Origin: Patescibacteria group bacterium
Lineage (GTDB): Bacteria; Patescibacteriota; Patescibacteriia; Magasanikbacterales; JBBTQS01
NCBI GenBank assembly: GCA_038065555.1
Contig: JBBTQS010000002.1
Coordinates: 26,399-90,398, forward strand
Direction of reading: 5' to 3'
DNA: 64,000 nt
The position numbers and the translations under genes are program-made. Shown one piece after another: positions 19,878 through 30,544 of this stretch. Numbering within the stretch: the first letter of the stretch is position 1; each line of letters opens with the position of its first letter. Under the pieces are notes generated by a model. That model was not told the origin of the DNA. It did not search any database and saw only the letters and a list, made by a program, of their open reading frames with translations.

Positions 19878-19955
19878 TCCGTTGCATCGTTGACAAGTGG
19901 CGAGAATTTGAGTAGTGTGCGTGAGATACGCGGTGGATTCAAATAGGAGGGCACC

Positions 19956-20366
19956 ATGTACCAAGGCGATGTCCTGATCGTTGTCGAGGAAGTCACGCAC
20001 GCGCTCGAGTACTCCTGCAATGTATTTTTGGGAGAGTCTGGGTTCGCGTGCATTGTCCGATTTCGTATTTCACTGCTCGAGCTGGAGGGGAAACGGCCTG
20101 CAGGTCCGCAGGAGGTTAGAGATGTGTGCAAGTTCTCAGTGGGTGAGCGTGAGTCTGATACCTTAGATGAAGAGGTCTACTGGTTCTGTTACTCTGTGTT
20201 CATTCCTGTTCTGAATAGGCTCTATGTCATGCGTGAAAGTGCCAGAAAGAAAGGCAAGTTATCCGCTATTCCACACGTGTTAGCGGTAGTGGTTCCTGGG
20301 ACTGTCCCGGATACAACCATCGCCAAACTTCGTGAATGCGGCTTCACCCAAAAGCATGAGGCCTGA
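19956..20366 (+). CDS. Hypothetical protein (solo accessory gene)
   Basis: TTGACA(19890)-17-TAGTGT, SD AGGAGG, terminator 20398-20435. Confidence 0.6.
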   Translation: MYQGDVLIVVEEVTHALEYSCNVFLGESGFACIVRFRISLLELEGKRPAGPQEVRDVCKFSVGERESDTLDEEVYWFCYSVFIPVLNRLYVMRESARKKGKLSAIPHVLAVVVPGTVPDTTIAKLRECGFTQKHEA

Positions 20367-20397
20367 GGCAGAACTCACTTCGATTCATAACCAACGC

Positions 20398-20435
20398 AGG
20401 TCGATCGTAACAACGGTCGACCTCGTGCATTTTTT
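20398..20435 (+). terminator. Intrinsic terminator
   Basis: AGGTCGATCGT-aaca-ACGGTCGACCT then T run. Confidence 0.6.
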
Positions 20436-20476
20436 GGGCACATGTTACTGTGAATGAAAAGTAAATAACAGTGACT

Positions 20477-20833
20477 ATGCAAATTATTCTCCCAGACTCA
20501 GTAGATGTGCAGCGATATACAGGCCCTGGTGGATACCAGGTAGCACTAACAAAAGTGGGAATTGACCGACAGGTTGATGTCTTTGGATTCCATGACATTG
20601 TGATTCCGGCTGGACAGTTTAGTAAGGAGCACCATCACACAAAATTTATTGAGTTGTTCTATTGTCTTACGGCAATGCGGTTAAAGATCAATGATGAAAT
20701 GCATTCTGTGCCCGCAGGGGCTATGGTTGTGTTGCAGCCGGGGGATCGGCACGAAGTGTACGCGGACGATGAGGTTCGGTTCTTCGCCATGAAGTTCCCA
20801 CACGTGGATGGAGACAAGGTTGTTACTTCGTAG
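20477..20833 (+). CDS. Cupin-domain protein
   Basis: HHHTKFIELFY and LQPGDRHEV cupin motifs. Confidence 0.8.
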   Translation: MQIILPDSVDVQRYTGPGGYQVALTKVGIDRQVDVFGFHDIVIPAGQFSKEHHHTKFIELFYCLTAMRLKINDEMHSVPAGAMVVLQPGDRHEVYADDEVRFFAMKFPHVDGDKVVTS

Positions 20834-20846
20834 CAGTGTAGAAGGA

Positions 20847-21908
20847 TCACTTCGTCGTTGCAGGTAATGGACGCAGGAGTGGCACGATTGCTGCCATGTT
20901 CATGAACGAATAATCATCGTTGAGCGTCTTGTCTTTGTCGTCTCGCCAGACAAGTCGATTGGGGTGCGTGCGGTCAATGAAGCCACGATTGGCTGATTCT
21001 TGGAGCCAGTAGCGCTCCCAAGTTGTCGTGCGCAAATAGCGTTCGGTTGTTGCGCGCAAGAGAACGGTCTGGAGTCCGATTCCAGTGGGCCGACCTGAGC
21101 CGCGCCACGTGAGTTGACCCAGCGGATACCGATTGTGTACATACTGTGCCATGCGGCGTGCTGTTGCGGTGTACTTGGGCTCGTTGAGCTCTTGCCCGAC
21201 AATCGCGAGCATCACGGTTGCCACAAGATGATAGTGAAGTGAATAGGTTGCAGGCGTCCCTTCGCGGTAGATGCCTGATTTGTCGACGCTGCGAAGTGCG
21301 GTGGTGACCTTGGAACGGATAAGCTGTTCGTATTGTGAACGTTCGTCTTCGGTGAAGGAGAGGAGTGAGTGTCGCAAGATGAGTGTTCCGTACGCAGCAC
21401 CCAGAAGTGCTCGGTTCTCGGTGTCTGGTGCACGTAATATCCACGGGAACATCTCCTTCATATTCCGAAGTGCAAGTGCGTGTTCTTCGGGTGTTAGCAC
21501 ATCAGGATGTGCTTCGAGAATGCGCAATCCTAGGTAGAGTCCGATGGCGTCGTGGAAGGATCGCGTGGAGATTTGTGTGTCGTTGCGTCGGATCCAGTTC
21601 GCTTCCTTTGCTCGGCGTGTGATGAGGACATCGCGCAGTGCGGTAGCAACCTTTTCTCGGCTCGCGTCGTCGGTACGGTTCTGGTAGGCGAACGCAAATG
21701 TCATCTGCATGCGCAGATTATGTGTACTGTGCTTCCCACCTTCATTGTACGAGCGTGAAGGCACTGAGGATTTCCACCCACTACCTGTCCACACAATGTC
21801 GAGATACTTGGTGTACTGTGTTGGAATGCTGTGGAGTTGTAGTTGCATGCTCGACGCAGCATGAGCAGGTACAAAAAAGAGGCTGCACTGCAGGGTGAGT
21901 AGCAGCAT
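20847..21908 (-). CDS. Secreted hypothetical protein, probably helical
   Basis: Signal-peptide-like N-terminus ending PAHA; 353-aa ORF continuing the minus-strand gene run. Confidence 0.6.
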   Translation of the reverse strand: MLLLTLQCSLFFVPAHAASSMQLQLHSIPTQYTKYLDIVWTGSGWKSSVPSRSYNEGGKHSTHNLRMQMTFAFAYQNRTDDASREKVATALRDVLITRRAKEANWIRRNDTQISTRSFHDAIGLYLGLRILEAHPDVLTPEEHALALRNMKEMFPWILRAPDTENRALLGAAYGTLILRHSLLSFTEDERSQYEQLIRSKVTTALRSVDKSGIYREGTPATYSLHYHLVATVMLAIVGQELNEPKYTATARRMAQYVHNRYPLGQLTWRGSGRPTGIGLQTVLLRATTERYLRTTTWERYWLQESANRGFIDRTHPNRLVWRDDKDKTLNDDYSFMNMAAIVPLLRPLPATTK

Positions 21909-21956
21909 GGCAACTACATACTTTTGGAGCGTGTTGATGCGGCGAATAACGGCGGA

Positions 21957-23864
21957 TTAATCACCCAGCTCAATCGCTGCAGAGCTGCGCTGGATCGAGC
22001 GGTTGATAACCGTGTCTGTTGCCTCGAGTGCAGTTGCAGTCATGAGGAGTTGCTGGCCAGCTGTTTGTGATTTGAGACGTACTACGAATGCGGCGCGTTC
22101 GATCTTGTTGCCGCTGGAAAGTGCTGGGATAGTCCAGCGTGCAGACTTGGACTTGGCGTCGAAGGTGAGTGAACCATTCTGGAGTTCCTGTCCGAGCCAT
22201 TCTACCTCACCAACGAGGGATGACTTCACGACAATATCCTTGATCGCATGAGTGTCGTTCTTGACGGTCCAGGTGATGCGGTAGGTGTCACTCGCGTTCA
22301 CAGGTTCGAGCGTCTCAGCGTTCACTGGAACTGCGTCTGCATCAATCGTTGTGTCAGACCCTACAGTGATCGTGATAGGTTGTGTCTGCAACGACACTTG
22401 TGTCCCGTTGTCATACGATCCTTCCGCGATTGCGGTGATGGTGAACTGTGTGAGCTTCGTATAATCCAGGCTCGATTTCGGGAGGAGGCTCAGCGAGAAG
22501 GGAATCGTGTCTTCCTTTTGTGGTTCGAGGTTGCCAAGTGGTGCGCGTTCTTTGCTGGTCCAGGTGAGTGTGACGCGGCGGGTGTCTGGATTCACTTGCT
22601 CGCCAGCGATCTTGGGTTCGCTGCCAGCGTTGAGTGAGTTGATGGCGAGGATAGATTTGTTCTGGAATGACGGCGTGTCGAGCACAGCGCGAATGGTGAG
22701 ATTCTTGATCGCTTTCTCGCTCGTGTTCTTCGAGAACAAGGAGAATGTGAGATTGCCCTCAGGCGCGACAAGCACATCGGAGCTGGAGCCGTTTGCGATG
22801 AGTGAGAGCACAAGGGAGCTGTGTGCAATGGGGAGCTCGTGTTGGTTGCTCGCAACCACGTATTCCTGGCCACCATCTACGAGGGACACTGTGGTGGTGA
22901 TCTTCTCTGTGTCTGTTGAGTCGCCAGTGAATGAGCCAACACCGGTGAGCGTGATAGGTTTGCCTGGAGTGAGAGTTGTTACGAGCCAGATGTTCTTGTC
23001 GATACGCTGTACTCCGTCAACACGAGCTTCGGTCTTCTTCGCCTCATTGAATGTGAAGTGGTCTCCAGCAGCAATCACTACACGGAGTGTTCCTGTCGTT
23101 GCTGTAGATGCGCTGAGCGTGATAGGAAGGGACACGATCGAACCAGGTGAAGCGGTCTTGGGGAATGCATTGGTCAGAGTAATAGGAGATTGGCTGATGG
23201 TCTGGGTGCTCGACGCAATAGATTGGAAGTCAGAATTGAAATTGCTTGGGCGATAGGTGAAGAATGCGCGCAATGATTGTTGCGATCCTGTGGAGCCGAC
23301 GAGAATTCCAGTGATCTCGAGTTCGGCGGTCTTGCTGCCTTCGATAACACCGAATTTCCATTTGGATTTTTCGCTATCAATGGGGAGGAGCGAAGTGTTG
23401 GTGACAGTGAACCCCTCTGGATAGGCGAGTGTGAGCTCGGTTTGTGCTAATTCGAGTCGCTGCCCATTGCGGATTCGAATGCGGTAGGTGATGGTGTCGC
23501 CTGCGGTGACGTTCTCCGGCGCTTGGATTTCGATGGCTACTGATTGTTCGGCGAAATCACTCTGGAATGACGTGAAGACGAAGAATCCCGCCCACGCAGC
23601 ACCACACGCCAAAAGCAAGAAAATGATTGATCCAACAAGGAATCGGCGCCACGTGTGCGACGTTCCATGTGTGAAGTGCTTCATGTCGGGCACTTTGCCA
23701 TTTTCGTCTTTATAAATCGAATGCAGTTGTTCAGACCGCTCGTCGTGCGCCGTAGCCTGTTGTGCTCGCGTGGCACGTGCGATAACAGGTTCTTTTTTTT
23801 GTGCAGCTGTTGCTTTGGTCTTCGGTAGGGGCTTGGCGGTGAATCGGTGGTCTTCGGTAGGCAT
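21957..23864 (-). CDS. Membrane-anchored Ig-like (DUF11-type) repeat protein
   Basis: One TM, APENVTAGDTITYRIRIRN, YRITWTVKN; S/T-rich beta composition. Confidence 0.65.
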   Translation of the reverse strand: MPTEDHRFTAKPLPKTKATAAQKKEPVIARATRAQQATAHDERSEQLHSIYKDENGKVPDMKHFTHGTSHTWRRFLVGSIIFLLLACGAAWAGFFVFTSFQSDFAEQSVAIEIQAPENVTAGDTITYRIRIRNGQRLELAQTELTLAYPEGFTVTNTSLLPIDSEKSKWKFGVIEGSKTAELEITGILVGSTGSQQSLRAFFTYRPSNFNSDFQSIASSTQTISQSPITLTNAFPKTASPGSIVSLPITLSASTATTGTLRVVIAAGDHFTFNEAKKTEARVDGVQRIDKNIWLVTTLTPGKPITLTGVGSFTGDSTDTEKITTTVSLVDGGQEYVVASNQHELPIAHSSLVLSLIANGSSSDVLVAPEGNLTFSLFSKNTSEKAIKNLTIRAVLDTPSFQNKSILAINSLNAGSEPKIAGEQVNPDTRRVTLTWTSKERAPLGNLEPQKEDTIPFSLSLLPKSSLDYTKLTQFTITAIAEGSYDNGTQVSLQTQPITITVGSDTTIDADAVPVNAETLEPVNASDTYRITWTVKNDTHAIKDIVVKSSLVGEVEWLGQELQNGSLTFDAKSKSARWTIPALSSGNKIERAAFVVRLKSQTAGQQLLMTATALEATDTVINRSIQRSSAAIELGD

Positions 23865-23875
23865 ACACGTGGAGG

Positions 23876-26314
23876 TTAGTTTTGGACAGCCGTCATTCCA
23901 AAGAAGGTATCTTGCTCGAATTGGAATTCGGTCATGACGCCGTTCTCGAGCTGTCGAGTGGATGCGGGATTGCCAGAATGCCAAATACTGCGCCATGCTG
24001 GTGGCACAATGACATGAGATCGCACGACGAAGTTGCGCAATCCTGGTTGGCGCTCGAGGAACACGCTGTAGCGAAATGCAGGATCGTACAATGTCGCAGC
24101 GTGTGCAGCGCGCACAAGAACGTTTTGTGTCTTCTGGACTGAGAATGCGGAGAAAGGTAGGCGATAGGTGATGCGCGCAACACTTGTCTCACGCGGTTTG
24201 GTTACCACCCAGTTGCCAAATACGGTTTTGCCGAACTCTTCTGTAACGCGTGTTCCTGATGCTGCATCAAATGCTTCAGCTTGCTCTGTTGCGGTGAGTT
24301 GCTCGTTCTTGTTGGCGTAAGAAAGTGGTTTGTGGAACTGGCTCTCTGCAGGGAATGTGAACCCGGATGCTTCGATCAATGTGCTGCCTTTTGGTACATA
24401 CATACGCACGTAGCTGATACTGCTTGCGTCACTAGTCGTACCATCATGTGTGCGGATGAAATTGACGGTGTTGATGATCGAACCGTCTGGCTGAATCCAT
24501 GCTTGGTGCTCGATGCGGCCAGTCAAATCTGCATCTGACTTTTGTCCGCCGATGTTGCTGATGTTCACGTGGAGATAGTCGCCAGTGGTAGTGCGTAGCG
24601 CGCCATCCCATCCGAGTGTCTGGATCGTGTCCTGTGTATTGGTGTCGGCGCTGTAGATCAGGATGTCACCACGGGTGAGTCCAGCGCTCACAGCACCTGC
24701 TGCAGTTGCCTTGGCTGCGATTGGTGAGTGTGCGAGGCGATCGAGGAGAATCGGTCCGAGCTCTGCGAGCACTGACTTCGGTGTTTTGCTGCCTGCTACA
24801 CGTGCCTGAGCAATATGCGTCTGGAGTGCATCACGAAATGATGTTGCGGTGATTTGCAATCCACCACTCATCGTCACAGGTCCTGTTGCAGTGAGAATAT
24901 CGCTGATGACCTGGTCGTTGATTGCGATGACGCCGTCAACCGTCGGTCCACCTGAGCGTTCGTAGAACCACATCAGGTTGCGTGCCGAAGAAGGGAAGTC
25001 TGGATACCAGTTCGCATCTTGGAATTCCCAGCGGCTATTCACGAGCGAAAGTGGTTGTGGCGGCTCTTGGTGTACTGAGAGTTGTCCTTGCAAATCGTAT
25101 GATCCGCCTTTGGCGATTTCCATACGTTTGATCTCGCCCTGGTCAATGTCAACGAGTGCGTAGGAACCAATAAATCCACCCGTTGCGCGAAGTTCTGCGG
25201 AATTCTGGAGTACAATGAGGTATCGGCGCAGTGACTGTGCTCCCAGTGCGTCGAGTACTGTGGGCATGTTTTTGCGCAGAAGCGCCACGTCGTTGCGTGT
25301 TGCAGTCACTGCTGCGGTGAGTGTTGTTACTGTGTCACGCATGTCAGCTGGGACTGCCTCGAGATCTACAGATTTGAGCGCTTCGTCTGCGCTCACGATA
25401 CGTGGGTACACTCGCGTGAGTGCGTCATTCCAGTAGCTGAGTCGTGTGGTGAGAGGTGAAGAGGTTGGTGCCTGATTCTGTGCGTACAAGAGTTGGGAAG
25501 CAACAAGGGTGAGATCTTCGCCTGCAGTGAGGAGCGCCTCGCCACTACTCACCTTCGTTCCAACATACGGAACCATGCTGAGTAATGTCTTGCTCATGGT
25601 GTCTACTGACGCAAGTGACGCTTGTGCTTGCTCAAATGAAGTGAGCGCTGATACAAGAAGTGATCCGCCCAGTGCGGTGTTGCCTGTTGCGAGTGCGTCC
25701 TTGCTAGCACGAAGCGCTGAGACTGCCTCACCTCCGCGCATTGTAATCGTGTCGCGAACCTGAGTGAGCTCTGGATACGTCGTGAGCGCGTAAATCGGCA
25801 TGGTGAAAAGCAGCGCAAGACTGGTGAATCCAACCGTAAGCGGCTTGCGGATTTTGCCGAATCCTCGTAGGTCCTTGGTAAATCGTCGGTACCAAGATTG
25901 GGTCGAATCGACGCGTTTTTCCTCAGTGAGGAAGTTCTGGCGGGTGAATGTCGACGCTGGGATGACGCGGTCACGTGTAGGAAGGAGCTCAGGGAGTGGC
26001 TTCTTCGTAATTTGATAAGGAGTATCAATGGATTGTTCGGTCAGTGCTTGTGCACGTTCACGAAACGCTTGGAGATTGGGTCGAAATCCGCCTGGTTGCG
26101 CAATGGGAAGGATGGATGGCGGTGCAGGATTGATCTGCGAACGGATTGGTTCAACGGCGTGGAGTACGCTTGCGGTGCGTGGCTTGAGATCTACGATGTG
26201 TGATGAAAGTGGCGCAGCGTCGTGGTCAACAATGACGACAGGAATTCGGCGTACTCGATGAGACGCCGAGCTGTTCGGATTGGATTGGGGAGCGACAAGC
26301 TTCTCCCTGGGCAT
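23876..26314 (-). CDS. DUF4012-domain protein
   Basis: YLIVLQNSAELRATGGFIGSY, QDANWYPDFPSSA, VDGVIAIN, YVRMYVPKGS. Confidence 0.85.
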   Translation of the reverse strand: MPREKLVAPQSNPNSSASHRVRRIPVVIVDHDAAPLSSHIVDLKPRTASVLHAVEPIRSQINPAPPSILPIAQPGGFRPNLQAFRERAQALTEQSIDTPYQITKKPLPELLPTRDRVIPASTFTRQNFLTEEKRVDSTQSWYRRFTKDLRGFGKIRKPLTVGFTSLALLFTMPIYALTTYPELTQVRDTITMRGGEAVSALRASKDALATGNTALGGSLLVSALTSFEQAQASLASVDTMSKTLLSMVPYVGTKVSSGEALLTAGEDLTLVASQLLYAQNQAPTSSPLTTRLSYWNDALTRVYPRIVSADEALKSVDLEAVPADMRDTVTTLTAAVTATRNDVALLRKNMPTVLDALGAQSLRRYLIVLQNSAELRATGGFIGSYALVDIDQGEIKRMEIAKGGSYDLQGQLSVHQEPPQPLSLVNSRWEFQDANWYPDFPSSARNLMWFYERSGGPTVDGVIAINDQVISDILTATGPVTMSGGLQITATSFRDALQTHIAQARVAGSKTPKSVLAELGPILLDRLAHSPIAAKATAAGAVSAGLTRGDILIYSADTNTQDTIQTLGWDGALRTTTGDYLHVNISNIGGQKSDADLTGRIEHQAWIQPDGSIINTVNFIRTHDGTTSDASSISYVRMYVPKGSTLIEASGFTFPAESQFHKPLSYANKNEQLTATEQAEAFDAASGTRVTEEFGKTVFGNWVVTKPRETSVARITYRLPFSAFSVQKTQNVLVRAAHAATLYDPAFRYSVFLERQPGLRNFVVRSHVIVPPAWRSIWHSGNPASTRQLENGVMTEFQFEQDTFFGMTAVQN

Positions 26315-26326
26315 TTTTGAAAACAA

Positions 26327-27454
26327 TTATCCAGCCCAGTATACCATATTGGCAGTATCGTGTGCCATGCGTTGCCACGAATACTTCGCGAGTGTTGTTG
26401 GTGCGGCAGCGAGTGTGCGTTTGCGCGTCTCTTCGTCGGTGAGCAGTGTGGTAATTCCGGAAGCAATAGCATCGATTGATGTTGGGTCTGTGTACACTGC
26501 AGCGTCTCCAAGAATTTCTGGGAGACAGGAGGTGTTGCTTGCGAGAACTGGCACGCCGTATGCGAGCGCTTCTAGAGGTGGCAATCCGAATCCTTCGGAG
26601 AGCGACACATAGGCTACGCCGCGTGCTCCACAGTAGAGATCGCGCAGTTGGCGATCTGAGACTGCGCCGCGGATTTCGATGGTGTGGCCTAGTGCACGCG
26701 GGAATTGAGAAGCAATTTTCTCCTCTAATTGTAGATAAAAACGGTTTCTTTCGCCTACGAGGATGAGACGGGTTTTGTCCTCAGGTCTGCTGTCTTTGTA
26801 CCGCATGAATGCGCGAACGAGACGCAACAAGTTCTTGTGTGGATAGGCAACGCCAACGTAGAGCAAGTAGGGGGATGTGGACTTTTGTGTTGTTGCTGGT
26901 TCAACGTGTGGTGCGCCTTCGGTGATCACCGTGATTGGTGTTTTTGCTGATGGATACCAATGGCGGATTTCCTCAGCGACGAATTTCGAGGGTGTAATAA
27001 TGTGTTGACTGCGATAGATTGCGTGGCGAAGCGCGAGTCGATAGCCGATTTTTTTGAAGCAATAGAGCAGGTATCCGCGCGTGGATGTGTCGCGACCTGG
27101 GAAGCGGCGCAATGTGAGATCGTGGATCGTGGTGACAAAGGGGCCACGATAGCGTAGTGGGATATTCCAGTGTGGGAAATGCATGAGATCTACACCGGCA
27201 GCTTCGATGATTTTGGGGAATTCGGTTTGTTCGCGCAGGGTGTACCAGGGAATGTCAGCGGTAACAAGGGTGAATTTCTTACTGGGAAGATGTGTGAATA
27301 GCGCACGGTCGGTTTCAAGAACAAAAAGCGTATACACCGTCTCAGGTGCGTCAGGTGGTGGGGTGAGTGTCGCAAGATTGGTGATGAGGTGACGCAGATA
27401 CCGGCCATGTCCTCCATGAATTCCGGCCATGCGTGCGTCGATGCCGATGCGCAT
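26327..27454 (-). CDS. GT4 glycosyltransferase
   Basis: MRIGIDAR, TIHDL, PHKNL, EGFGLPPLEA. Confidence 0.92.
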   Translation of the reverse strand: MRIGIDARMAGIHGGHGRYLRHLITNLATLTPPPDAPETVYTLFVLETDRALFTHLPSKKFTLVTADIPWYTLREQTEFPKIIEAAGVDLMHFPHWNIPLRYRGPFVTTIHDLTLRRFPGRDTSTRGYLLYCFKKIGYRLALRHAIYRSQHIITPSKFVAEEIRHWYPSAKTPITVITEGAPHVEPATTQKSTSPYLLYVGVAYPHKNLLRLVRAFMRYKDSRPEDKTRLILVGERNRFYLQLEEKIASQFPRALGHTIEIRGAVSDRQLRDLYCGARGVAYVSLSEGFGLPPLEALAYGVPVLASNTSCLPEILGDAAVYTDPTSIDAIASGITTLLTDEETRKRTLAAAPTTLAKYSWQRMAHDTANMVYWAG

Positions 27455-27458
27455 AGGT

Positions 27459-27605
27459 CTACCGTTTGATTTTGGCACGCAGAGAAGCGATGTTTTGTGC
27501 ATCACTTGCAGCGCGCACTGTTGTTTTGAGTTTTTTAATCTTTTGTTCGACTGCGGCAATGTGTTGCTGGATTTTCGCAAGCGTGGAGCTGTTGCTAGTG
27601 GGCAT
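27459..27605 (-). CDS. 48-aa basic coiled-coil small protein (not in ORF track)
   Basis: Translated by hand: MPTSNSSTLAKIQQHIAAVEQKIKKLKTTVRAASDAQNIASLRAKIKR*; stop 4 nt before the GT4 start. Confidence 0.6.
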   Translation of the reverse strand: MPTSNSSTLAKIQQHIAAVEQKIKKLKTTVRAASDAQNIASLRAKIKR

Positions 27606-27651
27606 ATGGGCGTTTGTGCTATAGTTTGAACAAATATATCATGTCACATCT

Positions 27652-28305
27652 ATGAAACATACTCCAGAAGGGAGCCAAGGCGAACAGGTTGAGGGCGCAG
27701 TGGTTGATCAGGCAGCAACAGCACCAGAGGCTGTTGAACAGAAGAGTCACGAATCACAGTTGCATGAGCAAATTGCAGCACTCCGAGCAAAGACTGCTGA
27801 GGTGCGTGAAATGGTGCAGCGTGCAGATCTGTCTGGTGCGCTTCGTGATGTTGCGCAAGAGGATCTTGCTGACTTAGAGTCAGAACTTCGAGCGCTTGAA
27901 GTTGAACAAAAGGCGGAGATTGCTGCAGAGCATGTTGCTGCGGATGAAGCAGCAAGAATGGAACATGCACAGGAAGTCCTCCAGATAGGAGAACGCATGC
28001 TTGCAAATCTCAAAGAGCGCTTTCCTGATGCGGATCCGACGGTATTTGGTAATTTGGGTCAAGTGATGTCGGGTGAACCGAAGTTGCGATCTGTTGAAGC
28101 AGTGGGGAAGGGTCACGTCAAGAATTGGAGCATGAAAACACTACCAGATTATGCGAGAATAGGAGGAGACGCGATTCAAGCTACGTTGGACGGACAGGTG
28201 GCACAAGCTGGAGCGAGACTTCAAGAGGCATATGCAGCGAATAGTGCTCGCGAACAAGAGCGACTTACTGCGTTGGAGACTCCGTCTGCTGAAGGACAGA
28301 AGTAA
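27652..28305 (+). CDS. Acidic coiled-coil hypothetical protein
   Basis: E/A/Q-rich 217-aa ORF, extended -10 TGcTATAGT upstream; antisense insertion in the GT cluster. Confidence 0.7.
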   Translation: MKHTPEGSQGEQVEGAVVDQAATAPEAVEQKSHESQLHEQIAALRAKTAEVREMVQRADLSGALRDVAQEDLADLESELRALEVEQKAEIAAEHVAADEAARMEHAQEVLQIGERMLANLKERFPDADPTVFGNLGQVMSGEPKLRSVEAVGKGHVKNWSMKTLPDYARIGGDAIQATLDGQVAQAGARLQEAYAANSAREQERLTALETPSAEGQK

Positions 28306-29428
28306 GGAGAAGTCTCGCAGAGTCTGACCAATCAAATGCGCGTGCGCGGGCAAACCCACGTGCGCGCATTTCGTTTTGTAGGGCGGAATCAGTGAGGAGT
28401 GTGTGTATGGTGTCTGCGAGCATGTCTGGGCGCCAAGGAAGCGCGAAGAGTGCAGCGTCACCAGCTGTTTCTGCGAGTGCTGAACCGTAGCTCGTTATCA
28501 CTGGCACGCCTGCAGCAAACGCTTCTAATAGTGGAATGCCGAATCCTTCGTACCAGGAAGGGTATAGACAGATTGTAGCGTGTGCGATGGCTGCAGACTT
28601 GGTTGCTTCATCAGCAAAACCAAGGATTTGTACGCGCGAGCTGACTTCTGGATGGTTATCAAGGAATTGCTGTGCTTCATCCCATCCGTATCCAGCGGTG
28701 CCTAGGAGTATCAGGCGCGCCGTAGGAAGTTGGCGCAGTACCAATTCGAATGCAGTGAGCGCGCCGAGAATATTCTTGCGCTTCTCACGCGTGCCAATCA
28801 TGAGAATGCTCGGTTCGTTGGTGTGCGCAAAGACACAGGTTGGCTCGCAGTTGTGTGTGGGAAGTGGCGGCGCGGCAGGTGAGATGGTAGTACTGTGCTG
28901 CGACGCAACGCCGAAATAGGTTTGCAAATCTGTGCGCGTGCTCTCGGATACACTGAACACGTGCGTAGCTTGTTGCAAGAGTCGTGGCAGATTGACTGCG
29001 CGATGCCAGAGCCTCGCCCTGAGAGAGAAGAGGTCTGGGGCGATCTGCATCGATACATCGTGTATGGTCAGGAAGAATGGAATACCTGGAGTGACACTCA
29101 AGAAATGAGGGTTGAGTGCGATCACTGCGTCTACTGTGCCGCCTCCGGCACGGCGCACGAGTGTATCAATCGTTGGGCGACCTGTTAACACAATTCCTGC
29201 ATGCAACAGTTTGTTGGGGTATCGAGTGTGCAGGCTGCGTACGTGCGCATATGACCACTGTGGCGCGCGCGCCGTCATCGCAGCAGAGGCGCTGTTGGTG
29301 TATACAATGAATTCGTGTTCGCGTGCCTCAGGTAATGCAAAAAGCGCGTCCAGTAAGTGACGAGCATATCGCGACACGCCTGTAGGCTGCGCCTCAAGCA
29401 GTGGTCGTCCGTCGATGAGGATCCGCAT
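28265..29428 (-). CDS. GT4 glycosyltransferase
   Basis: MRILIDGR, TGVSRY, RKN, YPSWYEGFGIPLLEA. Confidence 0.92.
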   Translation of the reverse strand: MRILIDGRPLLEAQPTGVSRYARHLLDALFALPEAREHEFIVYTNSASAAMTARAPQWSYAHVRSLHTRYPNKLLHAGIVLTGRPTIDTLVRRAGGGTVDAVIALNPHFLSVTPGIPFFLTIHDVSMQIAPDLFSLRARLWHRAVNLPRLLQQATHVFSVSESTRTDLQTYFGVASQHSTTISPAAPPLPTHNCEPTCVFAHTNEPSILMIGTREKRKNILGALTAFELVLRQLPTARLILLGTAGYGWDEAQQFLDNHPEVSSRVQILGFADEATKSAAIAHATICLYPSWYEGFGIPLLEAFAAGVPVITSYGSALAETAGDAALFALPWRPDMLADTIHTLLTDSALQNEMRARGFARARAFDWSDSARLLLTSVLQQTESPTQ

Positions 29429-30542
29429 ACGTTGCCTCGTTAGCTGTGACTACCTGGTTCACGAAGGTGCGGATGCGCTCTTTGAATCGTTCCTTGGAAT
29501 AGGGCGCTGCAGAGCGTGCAATATCAGCAGGAGATGCAAGGTTTGTTGGATCAAAGTGGAGTACAGCATCGAGCAAACTCTCCCATGTTTGTTCTTGGAA
29601 TAGCACGCCGTTCACGCCGTGCTGCACGATCTCCGTTGCACCATCTTTGCCATAGGCAATGACAGGGCACCCTTGCATGAGCGCCTCGGTCATCGTGATG
29701 CCGAAATCTTCTGCTTGTGGGTTGATGAATGCTTTTGCATTTGCGTAGAGGCGAGATTTCTCCTCCTCACTTACTTGCCCGATAAATTCAATGAGTGGGG
29801 AAGTAGTAGCTTTGCGTAATTGCTCGAGTGCTCGGCCTGTGCCAAAGATCTTGAGCGGGAGGCCGAGGCGATTGAATACTTCAATCACAAGATCGACACG
29901 TTTGTATTCAACCAGTCTGCCACCAGCGAGGAAATACGGGCGAGAATCATGTGATGCAGGGGTTGCAACTGGGACCATATCAATCGGTGGCTCAATCACA
30001 GTGCTCGTGCGTCCGTACCATCGGCTAATGCGCTGCGCAACCGTGTGCGAGTTCGCAATGAAATAGTCCACACGTTCTCGCGCTGCTCGTAAATCCCAGA
30101 CACGTTGGAACGTGATTACGGGAGAAAGAAGCCATTTGATCGGCTGTGGTTGGGACAACTCTTTGAGATATGATTCCGTGTCAGACCAGAGATAGCGCGT
30201 TGGAGTGTGGCAATAACAAATATGTACGGTGTTGGGACCAACCTTGATTCCTTTTGCGTAGGCGCTGGTGGACGAAATCACCACGTCAAACTCGGACAGA
30301 TCGTATGACTGCGTTGCCCACGGCATGAATGGCATGTACCACTGATACTTCTTGCGGGCGAGCGGCCATGATGCGATGACGCTCTCACGAACATCTGCCC
30401 GCGCAAATTCATTGCCGAATTTGTCGCGGTCGAAGAAGAGTGTGTAGATCGGTGCATCAGGCCAGAGTTCGTGAAATACTCGCAGTACTCGCTCTGCGCC
30501 GCCGTCTTGCGAAAGATAGTCGTGTACTAGGGCAATGCGCAT
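29394..30542 (-). CDS. GT4 glycosyltransferase (WbaZ-like)
   Basis: HDYLSQDGGAERV, YCHTPTRYLW, EDFGITMTEA. Confidence 0.92.
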   Translation of the reverse strand: MRIALVHDYLSQDGGAERVLRVFHELWPDAPIYTLFFDRDKFGNEFARADVRESVIASWPLARKKYQWYMPFMPWATQSYDLSEFDVVISSTSAYAKGIKVGPNTVHICYCHTPTRYLWSDTESYLKELSQPQPIKWLLSPVITFQRVWDLRAARERVDYFIANSHTVAQRISRWYGRTSTVIEPPIDMVPVATPASHDSRPYFLAGGRLVEYKRVDLVIEVFNRLGLPLKIFGTGRALEQLRKATTSPLIEFIGQVSEEEKSRLYANAKAFINPQAEDFGITMTEALMQGCPVIAYGKDGATEIVQHGVNGVLFQEQTWESLLDAVLHFDPTNLASPADIARSAAPYSKERFKERIRTFVNQVVTANEATYADPHRRTTTA

Positions 30543-30544
30543 AC

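Noticed and set aside
27591-27600. GTTGCTAGTG partial match to the family-2 loop
   Set aside because: Only 10 nt, inside a small ORF, with no arms
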